Positions 1 through 8,786 are shown, counted from the first letter of the stretch. The stretch: 34,274 bases of DNA from a virus (IMGVR_UViG_2913167280_000006:1-34274), one strand, 5' to 3'. Notes: generated by a model from the sequence alone, not told the origin. Made by a program: numbers and translations.

Positions 1-1254
1 ATGCTGGAACAAATGGGCATTGCCGCGAAGCAAGCCTCGTATAAATTAGCGCAACTCTCCAGCCGCGAAAAAAATCGCGTGCTGGAAAAAATCGCCGATG
101 AACTGGAAGCACAAAGCGAAATCATCCTCAACGCTAACGCCCAGGATGTTGCTGACGCGCGTGCTAATGGCCTCAGCGAAGCGATGCTTGACCGTCTGGC
201 ACTGACGCCCGCACGGCTGAAAGGCATTGCCGATGATGTGCGCCAGGTGTGTAACCTCGCCGATCCGGTGGGGCAGGTAGTCGATGGCGGCGTGCTGGAC
301 AGCGGCCTGCGTCTGGAGCGTCGTCGCGTGCCGCTGGGGGTGATTGGCGTGATTTATGAAGCGCGCCCGAACGTGACGGTCGATGTTGCTTCGCTATGCC
401 TGAAAACGGGTAACGCGGTGATCCTGCGTGGCGGCAAAGAAACCTGTCGCACTAACGCTGCAACGGTGGCGGTGATTCAGGACGCCCTGAAATCCTGCGG
501 TTTACCGGCAGGTGCAGTACAGGCAATTGATAATCCTGACCGCGCGTTGGTCAGTGAAATGCTGCGTATGGATAAATACATCGACATGCTGATCCCGCGC
601 GGCGGCGCTGGTCTGCATAAGCTATGCCGCGAACAGTCGACAATCCCGGTGATCACAGGCGGTATAGGCGTATGCCATATTTACGTTGATGAAAGTGCAG
701 AGATCGCTGAAGCCCTGAAAGTGATCGTCAACGCGAAAACTCAGCGTCCGAGCACATGTAATACGGTAGAAACGTTGCTGGTGAATAAAAACATCGCCGA
801 TAGCTTCCTGCCCGCATTAAGCAAACAAATGGCGGAAAGCAGCGTGACATTACACGCAGATGCTGCCGCAATGGCACAGTTGCAGCCAGGCCCTGCGAAG
901 GTGGTTGCTGTTAAAGCCGAAGAGTATGACGATGAATTTCTGTCATTAGATTTGAACGTCAAAATCGTCAGCGATCTGGACGACGCCATTGCCCATATTC
1001 GTGAACACGGCACACAACACTCCGATGCGATCCTGACCCGCGATATGCGCAACGCCCAGCGTTTTGTTAACGAAGTGGATTCCTCCGCTGTTTACGTTAA
1101 CGCCTCTACGCGTTTTACCGACGGCGGCCAGTTTGGTCTGGGCGCGGAAGTGGCTGTAAGCACGCAAAAACTGCACGCACGCGGCCCAATGGGGCTGGAA
1201 GCACTGACCACCTACAAGTGGATCGGCATTGGTGATTACACCATTCGTGCGTAA
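1..1254 (+). CDS. proA: Gamma-glutamyl phosphate reductase (proline biosynthesis)
   Basis: Full 417-aa ORF beginning [13 protein letters not shown], recognised as enterobacterial ProA; the window begins exactly at the ATG. Confidence 0.93.
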   Translation: MLEQMGIAAKQASYKLAQLSSREKNRVLEKIADELEAQSEIILNANAQDVADARANGLSEAMLDRLALTPARLKGIADDVRQVCNLADPVGQVVDGGVLDSGLRLERRRVPLGVIGVIYEARPNVTVDVASLCLKTGNAVILRGGKETCRTNAATVAVIQDALKSCGLPAGAVQAIDNPDRALVSEMLRMDKYIDMLIPRGGAGLHKLCREQSTIPVITGGIGVCHIYVDESAEIAEALKVIVNAKTQRPSTCNTVETLLVNKNIADSFLPALSKQMAESSVTLHADAAAMAQLQPGPAKVVAVKAEEYDDEFLSLDLNVKIVSDLDDAIAHIREHGTQHSDAILTRDMRNAQRFVNEVDSSAVYVNASTRFTDGGQFGLGAEVAVSTQKLHARGPMGLEALTTYKWIGIGDYTIRA

Positions 1255-1368
1255 ATAAAACCGGGTGATGCAAAAGTAGCCATTTGATTCACAAGGCCAT
1301 TGACGCATCGCCCGGTTAGTTTTAACCTTGTCCACCGTGATTCACGTTCGTGAACATGTCCTTTCAGG

Positions 1369-1444
1369 GCCGATATAGCTCAGTTGGTAGAGCAGCGCAT
1401 TCGTAATGCGAAGGTCGTAGGTTCGACTCCTATTATCGGCACCA
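1369..1444 (+). tRNA. thrW: tRNA-Thr (anticodon CGU)
   Basis: GCCGATATAGCTCAGTTGGTAGAGC...GGTTCGACTCCTATTATCGGCACCA seen directly: 7-bp acceptor stem, D-loop, anticodon loop with CGT, T-loop GGTTCGACTCC, encoded CCA. The integrase gene lies immediately downstream. Confidence 0.9.
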
Positions 1445-1458
1445 TTTAAATCAATAAG

Positions 1459-2622
1459 TTACACATCATTAGTACCTTCCTTATTTTTTGACTGGGACAA
1501 ATTTGGGACCGATGGGTTCAGGATCGAGTCTATTTGCCGTGCGTGTTCGGTAAGGTGATTAGGTGCAAGGTGAGCATATCGACGAACCATTTCGATAGAC
1601 TCCCAGCCTCCCATTTCCTGTAACACTGACAACGGGACTCCGGCTTGAACCAGCCAACTTGCCCAGGTGTGTCTCAAGTCGTGAAATCTGAAATCATCAA
1701 TACCAGCCCGTCTCAGCGCCGCTTTCCAGGCTGTGTTTGCGTCATACCGCATCTTCCTTACTGTTGGCGCTTTCGTTCCGTCTGGTTTGGTACAGCTTTC
1801 CTTGTACACAAATACCCAACGGTGATGATTCCCGATTTGTTTTTTCAATACGCGACATGCAGTATCATTCAGCGCAACGCCAATTGCGCGGTTTGATTTA
1901 CTCTCTTCCGGGTTTATCCATGCCACCCGGCGCTGCATATCTATTTGTTGCCATTCAAGGTTGATGATGTTCGAGCGTCTTAAGCCTGTTGCCAGTGCAA
2001 ATTCAACAACAGACTTTAATGGCTCCGGACATTCATCAATCAGCCTTTGTGCTTCATGGGGCTCCAGCCAGCGGATCCGTTTATTCTTTGGTTGAGGCAC
2101 TTTAATAATTGGTGCCTTATCCAGCATTTTCCATTCACGCTCTGCGGCTCTTAGTAGGGCCTTTATAAATGAAAGATGCGTAGCCTTCGTTGCAACGGAC
2201 GCTGGTTTTGGCGTGTATTCTGGAACAGGTTTCCCTTTTTTTCTGCACGCTTCTGCCCTGAGTTTCCAGTTTTCCTCATGACGCCGGTTCGTCATTTTCT
2301 GCATTGCTGAATAAATTTTTGATTCAGTAATGTCTCTTAGTTGCATTCCTGCGAAATGTTGAAGCCAGAATCCGATCCGGCTTTTGTCATCGTCCAGTGA
2401 TTTTTTATGTGCTTTCTCTTCAAGCCACCTGACACACGCTTCCTCGAACGTTATATCAGGTATTTCACCAAGTTTGCTGACCCGCCATGCTTCAGCCTTT
2501 AGCTTGTCATGGAGTTCTGTCGCCTGCCTTTTGTCCTTTGTTCCAAGAGACTGTTTAAATCTTTTACCGTTCGGCAATGTGAAACTGGCGTACCATATTT
2601 CACTTCTGCGGAAGAGTGACAT
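1459..2622 (-). CDS. int: Tyrosine-type site-specific integrase (P22 Int-like, thrW-specific)
   Basis: 387-aa ORF with the C-terminal catalytic region ...[40 protein letters not shown] (R..HxxR..Y); adjacent to tRNA-Thr, the known P22 attachment locus. Confidence 0.9.
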   Translation of the reverse strand: MSLFRRSEIWYASFTLPNGKRFKQSLGTKDKRQATELHDKLKAEAWRVSKLGEIPDITFEEACVRWLEEKAHKKSLDDDKSRIGFWLQHFAGMQLRDITESKIYSAMQKMTNRRHEENWKLRAEACRKKGKPVPEYTPKPASVATKATHLSFIKALLRAAEREWKMLDKAPIIKVPQPKNKRIRWLEPHEAQRLIDECPEPLKSVVEFALATGLRRSNIINLEWQQIDMQRRVAWINPEESKSNRAIGVALNDTACRVLKKQIGNHHRWVFVYKESCTKPDGTKAPTVRKMRYDANTAWKAALRRAGIDDFRFHDLRHTWASWLVQAGVPLSVLQEMGGWESIEMVRRYAHLAPNHLTEHARQIDSILNPSVPNLSQSKNKEGTNDV

Positions 2623-2840
2623 TTTCTTTCCTCTGTTATGCCATCACCCGCGCTCACCTTGATAGTATGCAGCGGAGACTGAAGCGCCGCAATGCAGGCT
2701 TGTCGCGTTGTGAGGTAAGGAGATTTTGGTTTAGTGGGGTCTTTGCGTGTTGCCTGTAGGCGGCCTGTTCGTATCCAGTTGGTAGCGGTAGGTCTGGATA
2801 TCTTGAGAAACTGACAGGCCTCATCGAGTGTGAGGCTGTG
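2499..2840 (-). CDS. xis: Excisionase-like HTH protein; no ATG/GTG/TTG start near the 5' end of its frame
   Basis: Hand translation of the minus strand gives ...[73 protein letters not shown]..., overlapping the int start in another frame. The frame is open from 2903 down to 2499; the only canonical start is a late GTG. Confidence 0.5.
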   Translation of the reverse strand, partial: HSLTLDEACQFLKISRPTATNWIRTGRLQATRKDPTKPKSPYLTTRQACIAALQSPLHTIKVSAGDGITEERKCHSSAEVKYGTPVSHCRTVKDLNSLLEQRTKGRRQNSMTS

Positions 2841-2841
2841 G

Positions 2842-3186
2842 TTAGTACTGGCGTAGCTCGCTAATTCTTCTGTAAGTTTCTGGTGCTTTGTTTCCGTGTA
2901 TCTTCATTTCAGACTTCAACAGAGCAACGAGAGAATCCCATTCGTTGAGGATGCCTTTGAATGCCGGAACGCGCTTTGCAACCTTGTCGAATGAATCTCT
3001 GATTTCTGGAATCTGCTCAACAAGTGCAACGCATCGTCGGAAATCGGCTGCGTCATGTGGAGCACCGAAGTGATGACCATAGATATTCTTTTTCAGTCCA
3101 CATGCGATTGAGGCAAGAGTTGCGCTACTGATGCCGACATCGCCAGTCGTTTGCCATTTCAAAATCTTCATAGCCAAATCTGACAT
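2842..3186 (-). CDS. Hypothetical protein
   Basis: ORF track 2842..3213; the internal Met (MSDLAMKILKW...) follows a GGAGA ribosome-binding site and avoids overlap with the upstream terminator hairpin. Confidence 0.45.
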   Translation of the reverse strand: MSDLAMKILKWQTTGDVGISSATLASIACGLKKNIYGHHFGAPHDAADFRRCVALVEQIPEIRDSFDKVAKRVPAFKGILNEWDSLVALLKSEMKIHGNKAPETYRRISELRQY

Positions 3187-3200
3187 TTCTTGTCTCCAAT

Positions 3201-3222
3201 AAAAAACCGCCATCAGGCGGCT
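3201..3222 (-). terminator. Putative intrinsic terminator
   Basis: Hairpin CCGCC-ATCA-GGCGG followed on the minus strand by a T-run (A6 on plus), just downstream of the 3251..3565 gene. Confidence 0.4.
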
Positions 3223-3250
3223 TGGTGTTCTTTCAGTTCTTAAATTCGAA

Positions 3251-3565
3251 TCAGCCTTTGGTCACCCAGCATTGTGAGTCACCATTACACGGGCATGAAT
3301 TAACAGGAACTCTCTCGCCGCACTTACCGCAACGTTTTATGCTGATCGATTTTATACGCCAGCGCACAAGTGCATCATCCTGGCGGCTCAGTAACGCGAT
3401 GTACTCACCAAACTCGTAAGGCGCACGCCTGAAGCGACGCGTGGCACAGTTACGCTCCAGCATTTCAATTTCCTGAGCATCAAGTACAAGCTCCAGCTTA
3501 CGCATACCGGATGATGCTTGCTTGGCTCTCTGATCGGCTTTGCGCTCTGCTGCTGATTTAGCCAT
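3251..3565 (-). CDS. Hypothetical protein with a C-terminal Cys cluster (CGKCG...CPCNGDSQC), possible zinc ribbon
   Basis: 104-aa ORF preceded by a ribosome-binding site; basic N-terminus, Cys-rich C-terminus. Confidence 0.5.
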   Translation of the reverse strand: MAKSAAERKADQRAKQASSGMRKLELVLDAQEIEMLERNCATRRFRRAPYEFGEYIALLSRQDDALVRWRIKSISIKRCGKCGERVPVNSCPCNGDSQCWVTKG

Positions 3566-3725
3566 TCTGCTTTTCCTGCATCAGGAGAAAGACAATCATA
3601 GCGGCGCGGATGCTTCCGATATCTCTTTATGCGATAAGCACATACAAGCAGCGAACCATCAACTGGAGTGAGTGAGGAATCGACCACAAGCAACGCCCCT
3701 TGCAATATGCCTTCGCGGTAATGGC

Positions 3726-3816
3726 TGTCACCCGCGGAACAATTTATCTGCTGGCTGCATGAAAAGCCAGCAATACAACTTTTGCTGACTTTCCACCGTT
3801 AACGCGACACAACCTT
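3726..3816. repeat. Left arm of an inverted repeat flanking the 3902..4603 gene; carries a 34-bp insertion absent from the right arm
   Basis: TGTCACCCGCGGAACAATTTATCTGCTG...ACTTTCCACCGTTAACGCGACACAACCTT is the reverse complement (2-3 mismatches) of 4770..4827. Confidence 0.8.
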
Positions 3817-3901
3817 TGTTCCTGAGCTTCACGTTGCAGAGCCGATAATCTCCGTCTCTTTAAATTAAAAAGACGGAGACTATTAAAAACTCATTAAAAC
3901 A

Positions 3902-4603
3902 TCAGGAAACAACAGATTCCCCGTAAAACGCTACAGCCTGTGCAGACTGGGAGTCCATATCATCATGGAGATCTCTGGAGTATGGGAGGGAGTTGACTGT
4001 CGATATAAATATACTGTCATTTTCTAAAGTGAAAATTTCTGATTCGAGACTACCAATATCACCACGTACAGGATTAGTCCACCCACTAAACAGTAAAAAT
4101 CCCCATTCCTGAAAAAGCCCGGAATTCACTTCACGTTTTACATCATGAAACATTTCTCCCGTCAGTTCATCGAAAGGGACATTATTGATATCGCGTCGTG
4201 CCGGGACAGTCCCTTTTTTATCCTCAATCCAAAACAATGCATCGTAAAATCTGTCCGACGTTGCGGTACGAGGTTTAAAGAAGCGATAAGGTTTAATTAA
4301 ATAAGATGACACATTTTTCCCTGTGGCTTTATCCTTCGCAAAAATAACAAATGTTTTACCAATGCAACTTTCATCAATATCATTTGAAAATGACACCACG
4401 CCGTCCTGATTTACAGTCAGCGAATTGTCTCCCGCATTGGTGACAACACTCCAGTCCAACGTATTATTATTGACAACATCATTGTCAACCACCATCTGAA
4501 ATGTCGCGCCTGGAAATAATGTTTTCGGGAATGAACCATTAGCCATGTCTTTTTTTATATCGAACACATGGTGGCTCACTAGAACACCGGTAATTTTGGG
4601 CAT
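3902..4603 (-). CDS. Hypothetical protein, paralog A of an AT-rich two-member family in this prophage
   Basis: 233-aa ORF (MPKITGVLVSHHVFDIKKDM...LFPGATFQMVVDND...QEWG...AQAVAFYGES); AAGGAG ribosome-binding site upstream; AT-rich; shares motifs with the ORF at 16042..16719. Confidence 0.7.
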   Translation of the reverse strand: MPKITGVLVSHHVFDIKKDMANGSFPKTLFPGATFQMVVDNDVVNNNTLDWSVVTNAGDNSLTVNQDGVVSFSNDIDESCIGKTFVIFAKDKATGKNVSSYLIKPYRFFKPRTATSDRFYDALFWIEDKKGTVPARRDINNVPFDELTGEMFHDVKREVNSGLFQEWGFLLFSGWTNPVRGDIGSLESEIFTLENDSIFISTVNSLPYSRDLHDDMDSQSAQAVAFYGESVVS

Positions 4604-4769
4604 AAAAAACTCCTTATTTGTTTAATTGAAATGCGATCAATAAATTCGATCACCAAAGAGATATTATTACTTTTACAAGAATAAATGTTGTTATTTGTTT
4701 ATTATAAAACAATCATCACCCAGAAAAGAAAAAGATGCAGCTCGTTAACAAAAACCTTTGTGGCATATT

Positions 4770-4827
4770 AAGGTTGTGTCGCGTTAACGGTGGAAAGTCA
4801 GCAGATAAAATTGTTCTGTGGGTGACA
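4770..4827. repeat. Right arm of the inverted repeat flanking the 3902..4603 gene
   Basis: AAGGTTGTGTCGCGTTAACGGTGGAAAGT CAGCAGATAAAATTGTTCTGTGGGTGACA, reverse complement of the left arm. Confidence 0.8.
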
Positions 4828-5026
4828 ATCCATCACCCTGAGGATGCTGATATTGCCCCTTGCGCATCATGTGGATTAATTCAACGCCGGCCAGTATCGT
4901 AGCCGTTCCATGAAATAGGTGTGCAAGTTCTCCGGTTGCTCACGGGCTACCTGTTCTGCAATTACCGGTATATTCATCCGCTCTTTGTAGGCAACGCCGC
5001 TGGCGGCTAGGTCAACGTTGAAGTGG

Positions 5027-5455
5027 TCAACCAAAACTGGCCACCGAGTTAGAGTTTTTCCAGTTGTCGCGTATATCAGATGCAAGCGACTGTTCGGATT
5101 TTGAGTTACATTTCTGTGCAAACATCTCCAATCCCTGCGCCCGGACTTCAGCCAAGAAAGCGTCGGTGGCTGGGGGTTCGCTGTGGTGCAGGGCATCATT
5201 GATAATCATCGCAGCTACTCCGGCCTGTCCTGCGTCCGTGACCGACACATGCTCAAGAGTTACGGCCATTGCGTTTTTCAGCCCAGCATTCTCCTCCGCC
5301 AGCGCCGCGCATTTAGCTTCAAGTTCACCGAACTTACGCACCAGATATTCAGCGTTTGTTTCGTTAACCTTTAAATCTCGTGGGATGCATTTACCTTTCA
5401 GAAATCCATCTATCTCAATTAGTGACATTTGTTTCATTTCTTCCCACTCCGCCAC
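5027..5455 (-). CDS. Hypothetical early-region protein
   Basis: 142-aa ORF ([21 protein letters not shown]...), start overlapping the stop of the upstream small ORF; an overlapping downstream ORF (4876..5199) may be a frameshifted continuation or a separate small gene. Confidence 0.45.
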   Translation of the reverse strand: MAEWEEMKQMSLIEIDGFLKGKCIPRDLKVNETNAEYLVRKFGELEAKCAALAEENAGLKNAMAVTLEHVSVTDAGQAGVAAMIINDALHHSEPPATDAFLAEVRAQGLEMFAQKCNSKSEQSLASDIRDNWKNSNSVASFG

Positions 5456-5598
5456 ATCGCATTCAGATATTTGTTTTGACTCACTGAAGGAAAAGAATTT
5501 CGCTTAAGCAATTCCTCTCTCGATGGCATTGGCTTTACGCGTTGGCGAATAATCATTTCTGCCGGAAGAATGCCGGGATTGTATGCAAGTCCTCTCAT
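5434..5598 (-). CDS. Small hypothetical protein (about 54 aa)
   Basis: Internal Met of ORF 5434..5748 ([15 protein letters not shown]...) preceded by GAGG, 10 nt after the stop of 5609..5902. Confidence 0.3.
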   Translation of the reverse strand: MRGLAYNPGILPAEMIIRQRVKPMPSREELLKRNSFPSVSQNKYLNAMWRSGKK

Positions 5599-5608
5599 GG
5601 TAAATTCC

Positions 5609-5902
5609 TCAGTCATTACTGATAGCGCCATAGCGTGAGCGGTAATTACGCAGGCGCGGGTCAATTTCAGGGAAGTGGGTATATGTGGCTTTGCGGAATG
5701 GTCGGATTGATGTCTGGTAAATTCGCTCGCGTTCTTCTTTCTCTGCAAGCCATATACAATGGCGAAATTCCTTTTCCTCTTTCGTTTCCTGCGGTAGCGA
5801 CATTATCAGGTCGTAGTTTTTTCTGAATTTATCCAGCACCTCCAATACGGAATTGCCGGAACAGCGGCGCGCGTCGTCCGCACCATACAGAGGCGCTGGC
5901 AT
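5609..5902 (-). CDS. Hypothetical protein
   Basis: 97-aa ORF with an AGGAG ribosome-binding site, immediately downstream of ssb. Confidence 0.5.
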   Translation of the reverse strand: MPAPLYGADDARRCSGNSVLEVLDKFRKNYDLIMSLPQETKEEKEFRHCIWLAEKEERERIYQTSIRPFRKATYTHFPEIDPRLRNYRSRYGAISND

Positions 5903-5915
5903 GGTTTTCTCCTGA

Positions 5916-6422
5916 TTAAATTGCGTGAATAGCGTGACGAGGGAAGGGGAGAGTTACTGGTGCAAAGGGTATATCGTCGTCAAAATCCATCGGAGGTTCG
6001 TTGTGTTGTGCTGGGGATGATTGCTGCTGTGGCTTCTGTGATTGCCTGCTGGCTGCTTGTTGTTTGCTGTCGCCAATGCCGCCAAGCATTTGCATCACGC
6101 CATTAATTCCGACATGAACCTCGGTTGTGTAACGGTCTTGCCCTGACTGGTCTTTCCACTTTCTGGTTCTCAGCATTCCCTCGAAATAAATCTGATCACC
6201 TTTTTTCACATACTGCCCCACGACCTCAGCCAGTTTCCCGGATACAGCAACACGATGCCATTCAGTCAATTCCTTTTGCTCGCCAGTATTTTTATCTCGC
6301 CATTGTTCTGACGTGGCTATTGTCAGGTTAGCGAACGCTGTTCCTGATGGTGAGTATCGAACTTCCGGGTCTTGTCCTACCCGACCAAGGATAATCACCT
6401 TATTTATCCCGCGAGAACTCAT
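5916..6422 (-). CDS. ssb: Single-stranded DNA-binding protein, with a 15-aa extension after the usual C-terminal DDDIPF
   Basis: [23 protein letters not shown]...TEWHRV...[17 protein letters not shown]...[11 protein letters not shown] matches the SSB OB-fold and acidic tail, but the reading frame continues [15 protein letters not shown] before the stop. Confidence 0.8.
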   Translation of the reverse strand: MSSRGINKVIILGRVGQDPEVRYSPSGTAFANLTIATSEQWRDKNTGEQKELTEWHRVAVSGKLAEVVGQYVKKGDQIYFEGMLRTRKWKDQSGQDRYTTEVHVGINGVMQMLGGIGDSKQQAASRQSQKPQQQSSPAQHNEPPMDFDDDIPFAPVTLPFPRHAIHAI

Positions 6423-6886
6423 TTGCTCCACCTCTTGCCAGTTTTTATGTTGCTTATAATTGATTGAGATACACCCATGTCTTTTGCTATCTTGTACTGA
6501 CTCTCTTTTTCAGAGAGTCTTTTCCTAATTTCTATAACCTGCCACTCTGTTAATTTTGCACCATGATGAGCATGACCTTTTTTGGCTCCACGATGCCTTC
6601 CTTTTGCTATCTTGTCGTCCATGTTTTCTTGCGCGCTACCTAAAAAGAGATGTTCAGGATTAACGCAGCATGGGTTATCGCATTTGTGGCAAACCATCTT
6701 CCCAGATGGGATGGGGGAGTGATAAAGCTCAAAAGCAACCCGATGAGAAAGCATTGTTACGCCAAAGGCTACAAATTTTGTGTATCCTCCTTTGTTTTTT
6801 GAATAGGTAGACTCCCAGCAACCTGTTGTTTCATTAACTTTGTAGCTGGACTCGAATCTTTTAATAATTCCGTCCAAGTGAGACAT
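6419..6886 (-). CDS. HNH homing-type endonuclease with a C-terminal HTH-like region
   Basis: HRVAFELYH...[18 protein letters not shown] motif; AT-rich; start abuts the annealing-protein frame and stop overlaps the ssb start. Confidence 0.75.
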   Translation of the reverse strand: MSHLDGIIKRFESSYKVNETTGCWESTYSKNKGGYTKFVAFGVTMLSHRVAFELYHSPIPSGKMVCHKCDNPCCVNPEHLFLGSAQENMDDKIAKGRHRGAKKGHAHHGAKLTEWQVIEIRKRLSEKESQYKIAKDMGVSQSIISNIKTGKRWSK

Positions 6887-6993
6887 TTATGCCGCCTGTT
6901 TTAGTTCATTAACTCTGATGTTCATTACCTGAACGCATTTAGCCTGCGCATCCTCATTGCCAGCCATTAATTGCCAGTCATGCTGATAACGTT

Positions 6994-7593
6994 CTATGAG
7001 TTTTTCTTGTCAGTTTCTGTCGATGCATAATCGCTGAAGTCTTTCAGGATTTGTTCGCAGTCAACCGATGGAGATTTCTGGTTGGTATTTTCTGGTGATG
7101 GTTGATTGCCAGATGCTGGCATTGCCCATCCCGGCAGCGATGGAGGGGACCAGTAAAATCCTGTTCCATCCTTCAGTTTTGCCCTGTGCCATCCCTGCTT
7201 TTTATCGAGAGATGTTTGTGCGAAACCTTCCTCAAGGTTATACAGATACCGACCGATTCCCCACTGAACGGCAGCACGCTTCATTGCACCGGAACGACCA
7301 CCTTTGACGGCTTCTACCTGCGTGTTTTCAGCAGCATCCCATTTGGTTACCCATTCGGAATCAATCTTGATTGATATGCCGCATTCAACGCCGCCGTTGT
7401 TGGGAATATCGCGGTATTCATTGCGCCATCCCGCTTTGCCACAAACATCGTCAAGGCGTTTCATGATTGCCCGGTTCGTGACATAAGCCAGCACCATAGC
7501 CCACACTTTGCCATCGCGTGTTTTACCGCTTTGCTGTATTCGCCATTCGATATCTTCAGGGCTGAATGGCTCATCGAATTTATTCAAATCCAT
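6994..7593 (-). CDS. Single-strand annealing recombinase (Rad52/Sak-like core, GIGRYLY motif), apparently frameshifted near the 3' end
   Basis: 199-aa ORF; after its stop, a different frame reads ...KLIERYQHDWQLMAGNEDAQAKCVQVMNIRVNELKQAA to a TAA abutting the HNH start, resembling an Erf-type C-terminal tail. Confidence 0.6.
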   Translation of the reverse strand: MDLNKFDEPFSPEDIEWRIQQSGKTRDGKVWAMVLAYVTNRAIMKRLDDVCGKAGWRNEYRDIPNNGGVECGISIKIDSEWVTKWDAAENTQVEAVKGGRSGAMKRAAVQWGIGRYLYNLEEGFAQTSLDKKQGWHRAKLKDGTGFYWSPPSLPGWAMPASGNQPSPENTNQKSPSVDCEQILKDFSDYASTETDKKNS

Positions 7594-7695
7594 AATTCAC
7601 CTCAGAATGGACATGGCCCAAGGAAATAACGCTGGTTTAATACTTCGACTCTGGACAAATTAAGGCATACCCGCATTCCTTCGCGGTCACCATTA

Positions 7696-7851
7696 TGGCG
7701 ATACCAGAGAGCTTTCTGCGTGTACATGCGCCTCTGTAACTTGCTCTCCTTCACTGTGGTTGCAAGTGACATGAATATCTCCTTCGTTACCGATTAATTC
7801 TTTCATCTGACGAATGAATTCTTCGTCTGACCAGTTATCTGTAAAACTCAT
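7696..7851 (-). CDS. Small acidic hypothetical protein (51 aa)
   Basis: ATG overlapping the kil stop (ATGA); MSFTDNWSDEEFIRQMKELIG...; an alternative overlapping frame also exists. Confidence 0.3.
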
Positions 7852-8000
7852 TTCCTGCGATGCCACGGAAGGTTGATAGCTGATTTCATCGCTTTATTTG
7901 CTTCAAGCCACATTTTTGAATCACCAATAAATCGGGCTATTACTGCTTTGTTTTGTGCTGCACGAAGCATCTGGTGATTGATGGCTATTTCATTGCGCAT
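7848..8000 (-). CDS. kil: Kil-like host division inhibitor
   Basis: 50-aa ORF MRNEIAINHQMLRAAQNKAVIARFIGDSKMWLEA..., resembling lambda Kil and lying next to the cIII-like gene; below the ORF-track length cut-off. Confidence 0.45.
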   Translation of the reverse strand: MRNEIAINHQMLRAAQNKAVIARFIGDSKMWLEANKAMKSAINLPWHRRK

Positions 8001-8119
8001 AACGCCTCCAGTTGTTTCTTTGCTGCTCTGATTAATTGTTTAACTCGGCGTGATAATTCAGATTCGTGCGGGTAGAAAGCGGACATGACGCCGCTACCCG
8101 CGAGCTGAAAGTGCATCAT
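7985..8119 (-). CDS. cIII: cIII-like small protein (FtsH/HflB inhibitor family)
   Basis: 44-aa ORF MMHFQLAGSGVMSAFYPHESELSRRVKQLIRAAKKQLEAL..., with an amphipathic helix like lambda CIII; position between N and kil. Confidence 0.45.
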   Translation of the reverse strand: MMHFQLAGSGVMSAFYPHESELSRRVKQLIRAAKKQLEALCAMK

Positions 8120-8202
8120 GGGTAACTCCTTCTGTTTGATTGCATAACGAAAACGCCTCGAGTGAAGCGTTATTGGTATGCGGTAAAGCCGCGCTTGGCG
8201 GC

Positions 8203-8619
8203 TTATTTGAAAACTTCTATGAAATCAAGAACTGATGATATTTCGTGGTTGAATGATTTTCTTTTATATCTTTCTATCGCAGAATCTACCTGGTGTTTAT
8301 AGTCATCGTCGTTGGAGTATTTAACGAAGCATTCTATTGTCTCAGGCGTTACAGCTATAATGCTCCACCAACCTTCATCAGATTGATATTCAAATCCCAT
8401 GCTTTCAAGCCATTCAGCATATTTCCCTCCAGCATCTTGCCAGTGTGTCTTTTCTGCAAGGAAGCTGTTAACCGTCATATGTGCATCAAGGCATTTATCC
8501 AATTGTTTACCATTAAGTAGCCATGCGCTGACAGTTGCACATCCCAAATCAACCGATTTAGTAGAGATGTTGAATTGGTCGTAATTATCTGGATTAACCA
8601 GAATATCTGTAATTTTCAT
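8203..8619 (-). CDS. Hypothetical protein (138 aa from the internal Met)
   Basis: ORF track 8203..8673; the start MKITDILVNPD follows a GGAGA ribosome-binding site, and the longer N-terminus would span a terminator hairpin. Confidence 0.5.
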   Translation of the reverse strand: MKITDILVNPDNYDQFNISTKSVDLGCATVSAWLLNGKQLDKCLDAHMTVNSFLAEKTHWQDAGGKYAEWLESMGFEYQSDEGWWSIIAVTPETIECFVKYSNDDDYKHQVDSAIERYKRKSFNHEISSVLDFIEVFK

Positions 8620-8631
8620 AATTTCTCCGTC

Positions 8632-8658
8632 AAAAAAATCGCCCTCACACTGGAGGGC
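8632..8658 (-). terminator. Intrinsic terminator within the leftward early operon
   Basis: GCCCTC-ACACTG-GAGGGC hairpin followed on the minus strand by T7. Confidence 0.45.
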
Positions 8659-8710
8659 AAAGAAGATTTCCAATAATCAGAACAAGTCGGCTCCTGTTTA
8701 GTTACGAGCG

Positions 8711-8758
8711 ACATTGCTCCGTGTATTCACTCGTTGGAATGAATACACGGAGCAGTGT
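8711..8758. other. Long near-perfect hairpin (15-bp perfect stem, extendable to about 19 bp, 10-nt loop)
   Basis: TGCTCCGTGTATTCA-ctcgttggaa-TGAATACACGGAGCA, intergenic between 8787..9029 and 8203..8619. Confidence 0.7.
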
Positions 8759-8786
8759 TTATTCTGTTGTTTATGCCAAAATAATT

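Noticed and set aside
2657-2824. ATG-initiated 56-aa minus-strand ORF ([15 protein letters not shown]...) as the excisionase
   Set aside because: The translation is low-complexity; the overlapping frame gives a convincing HTH excisionase-like sequence instead.
3388-3705. 105-aa minus-strand ORF overlapping 3251..3565
   Set aside because: It overlaps a better-supported gene in another frame and has an Arg/Cys-rich, low-complexity translation; probably spurious.
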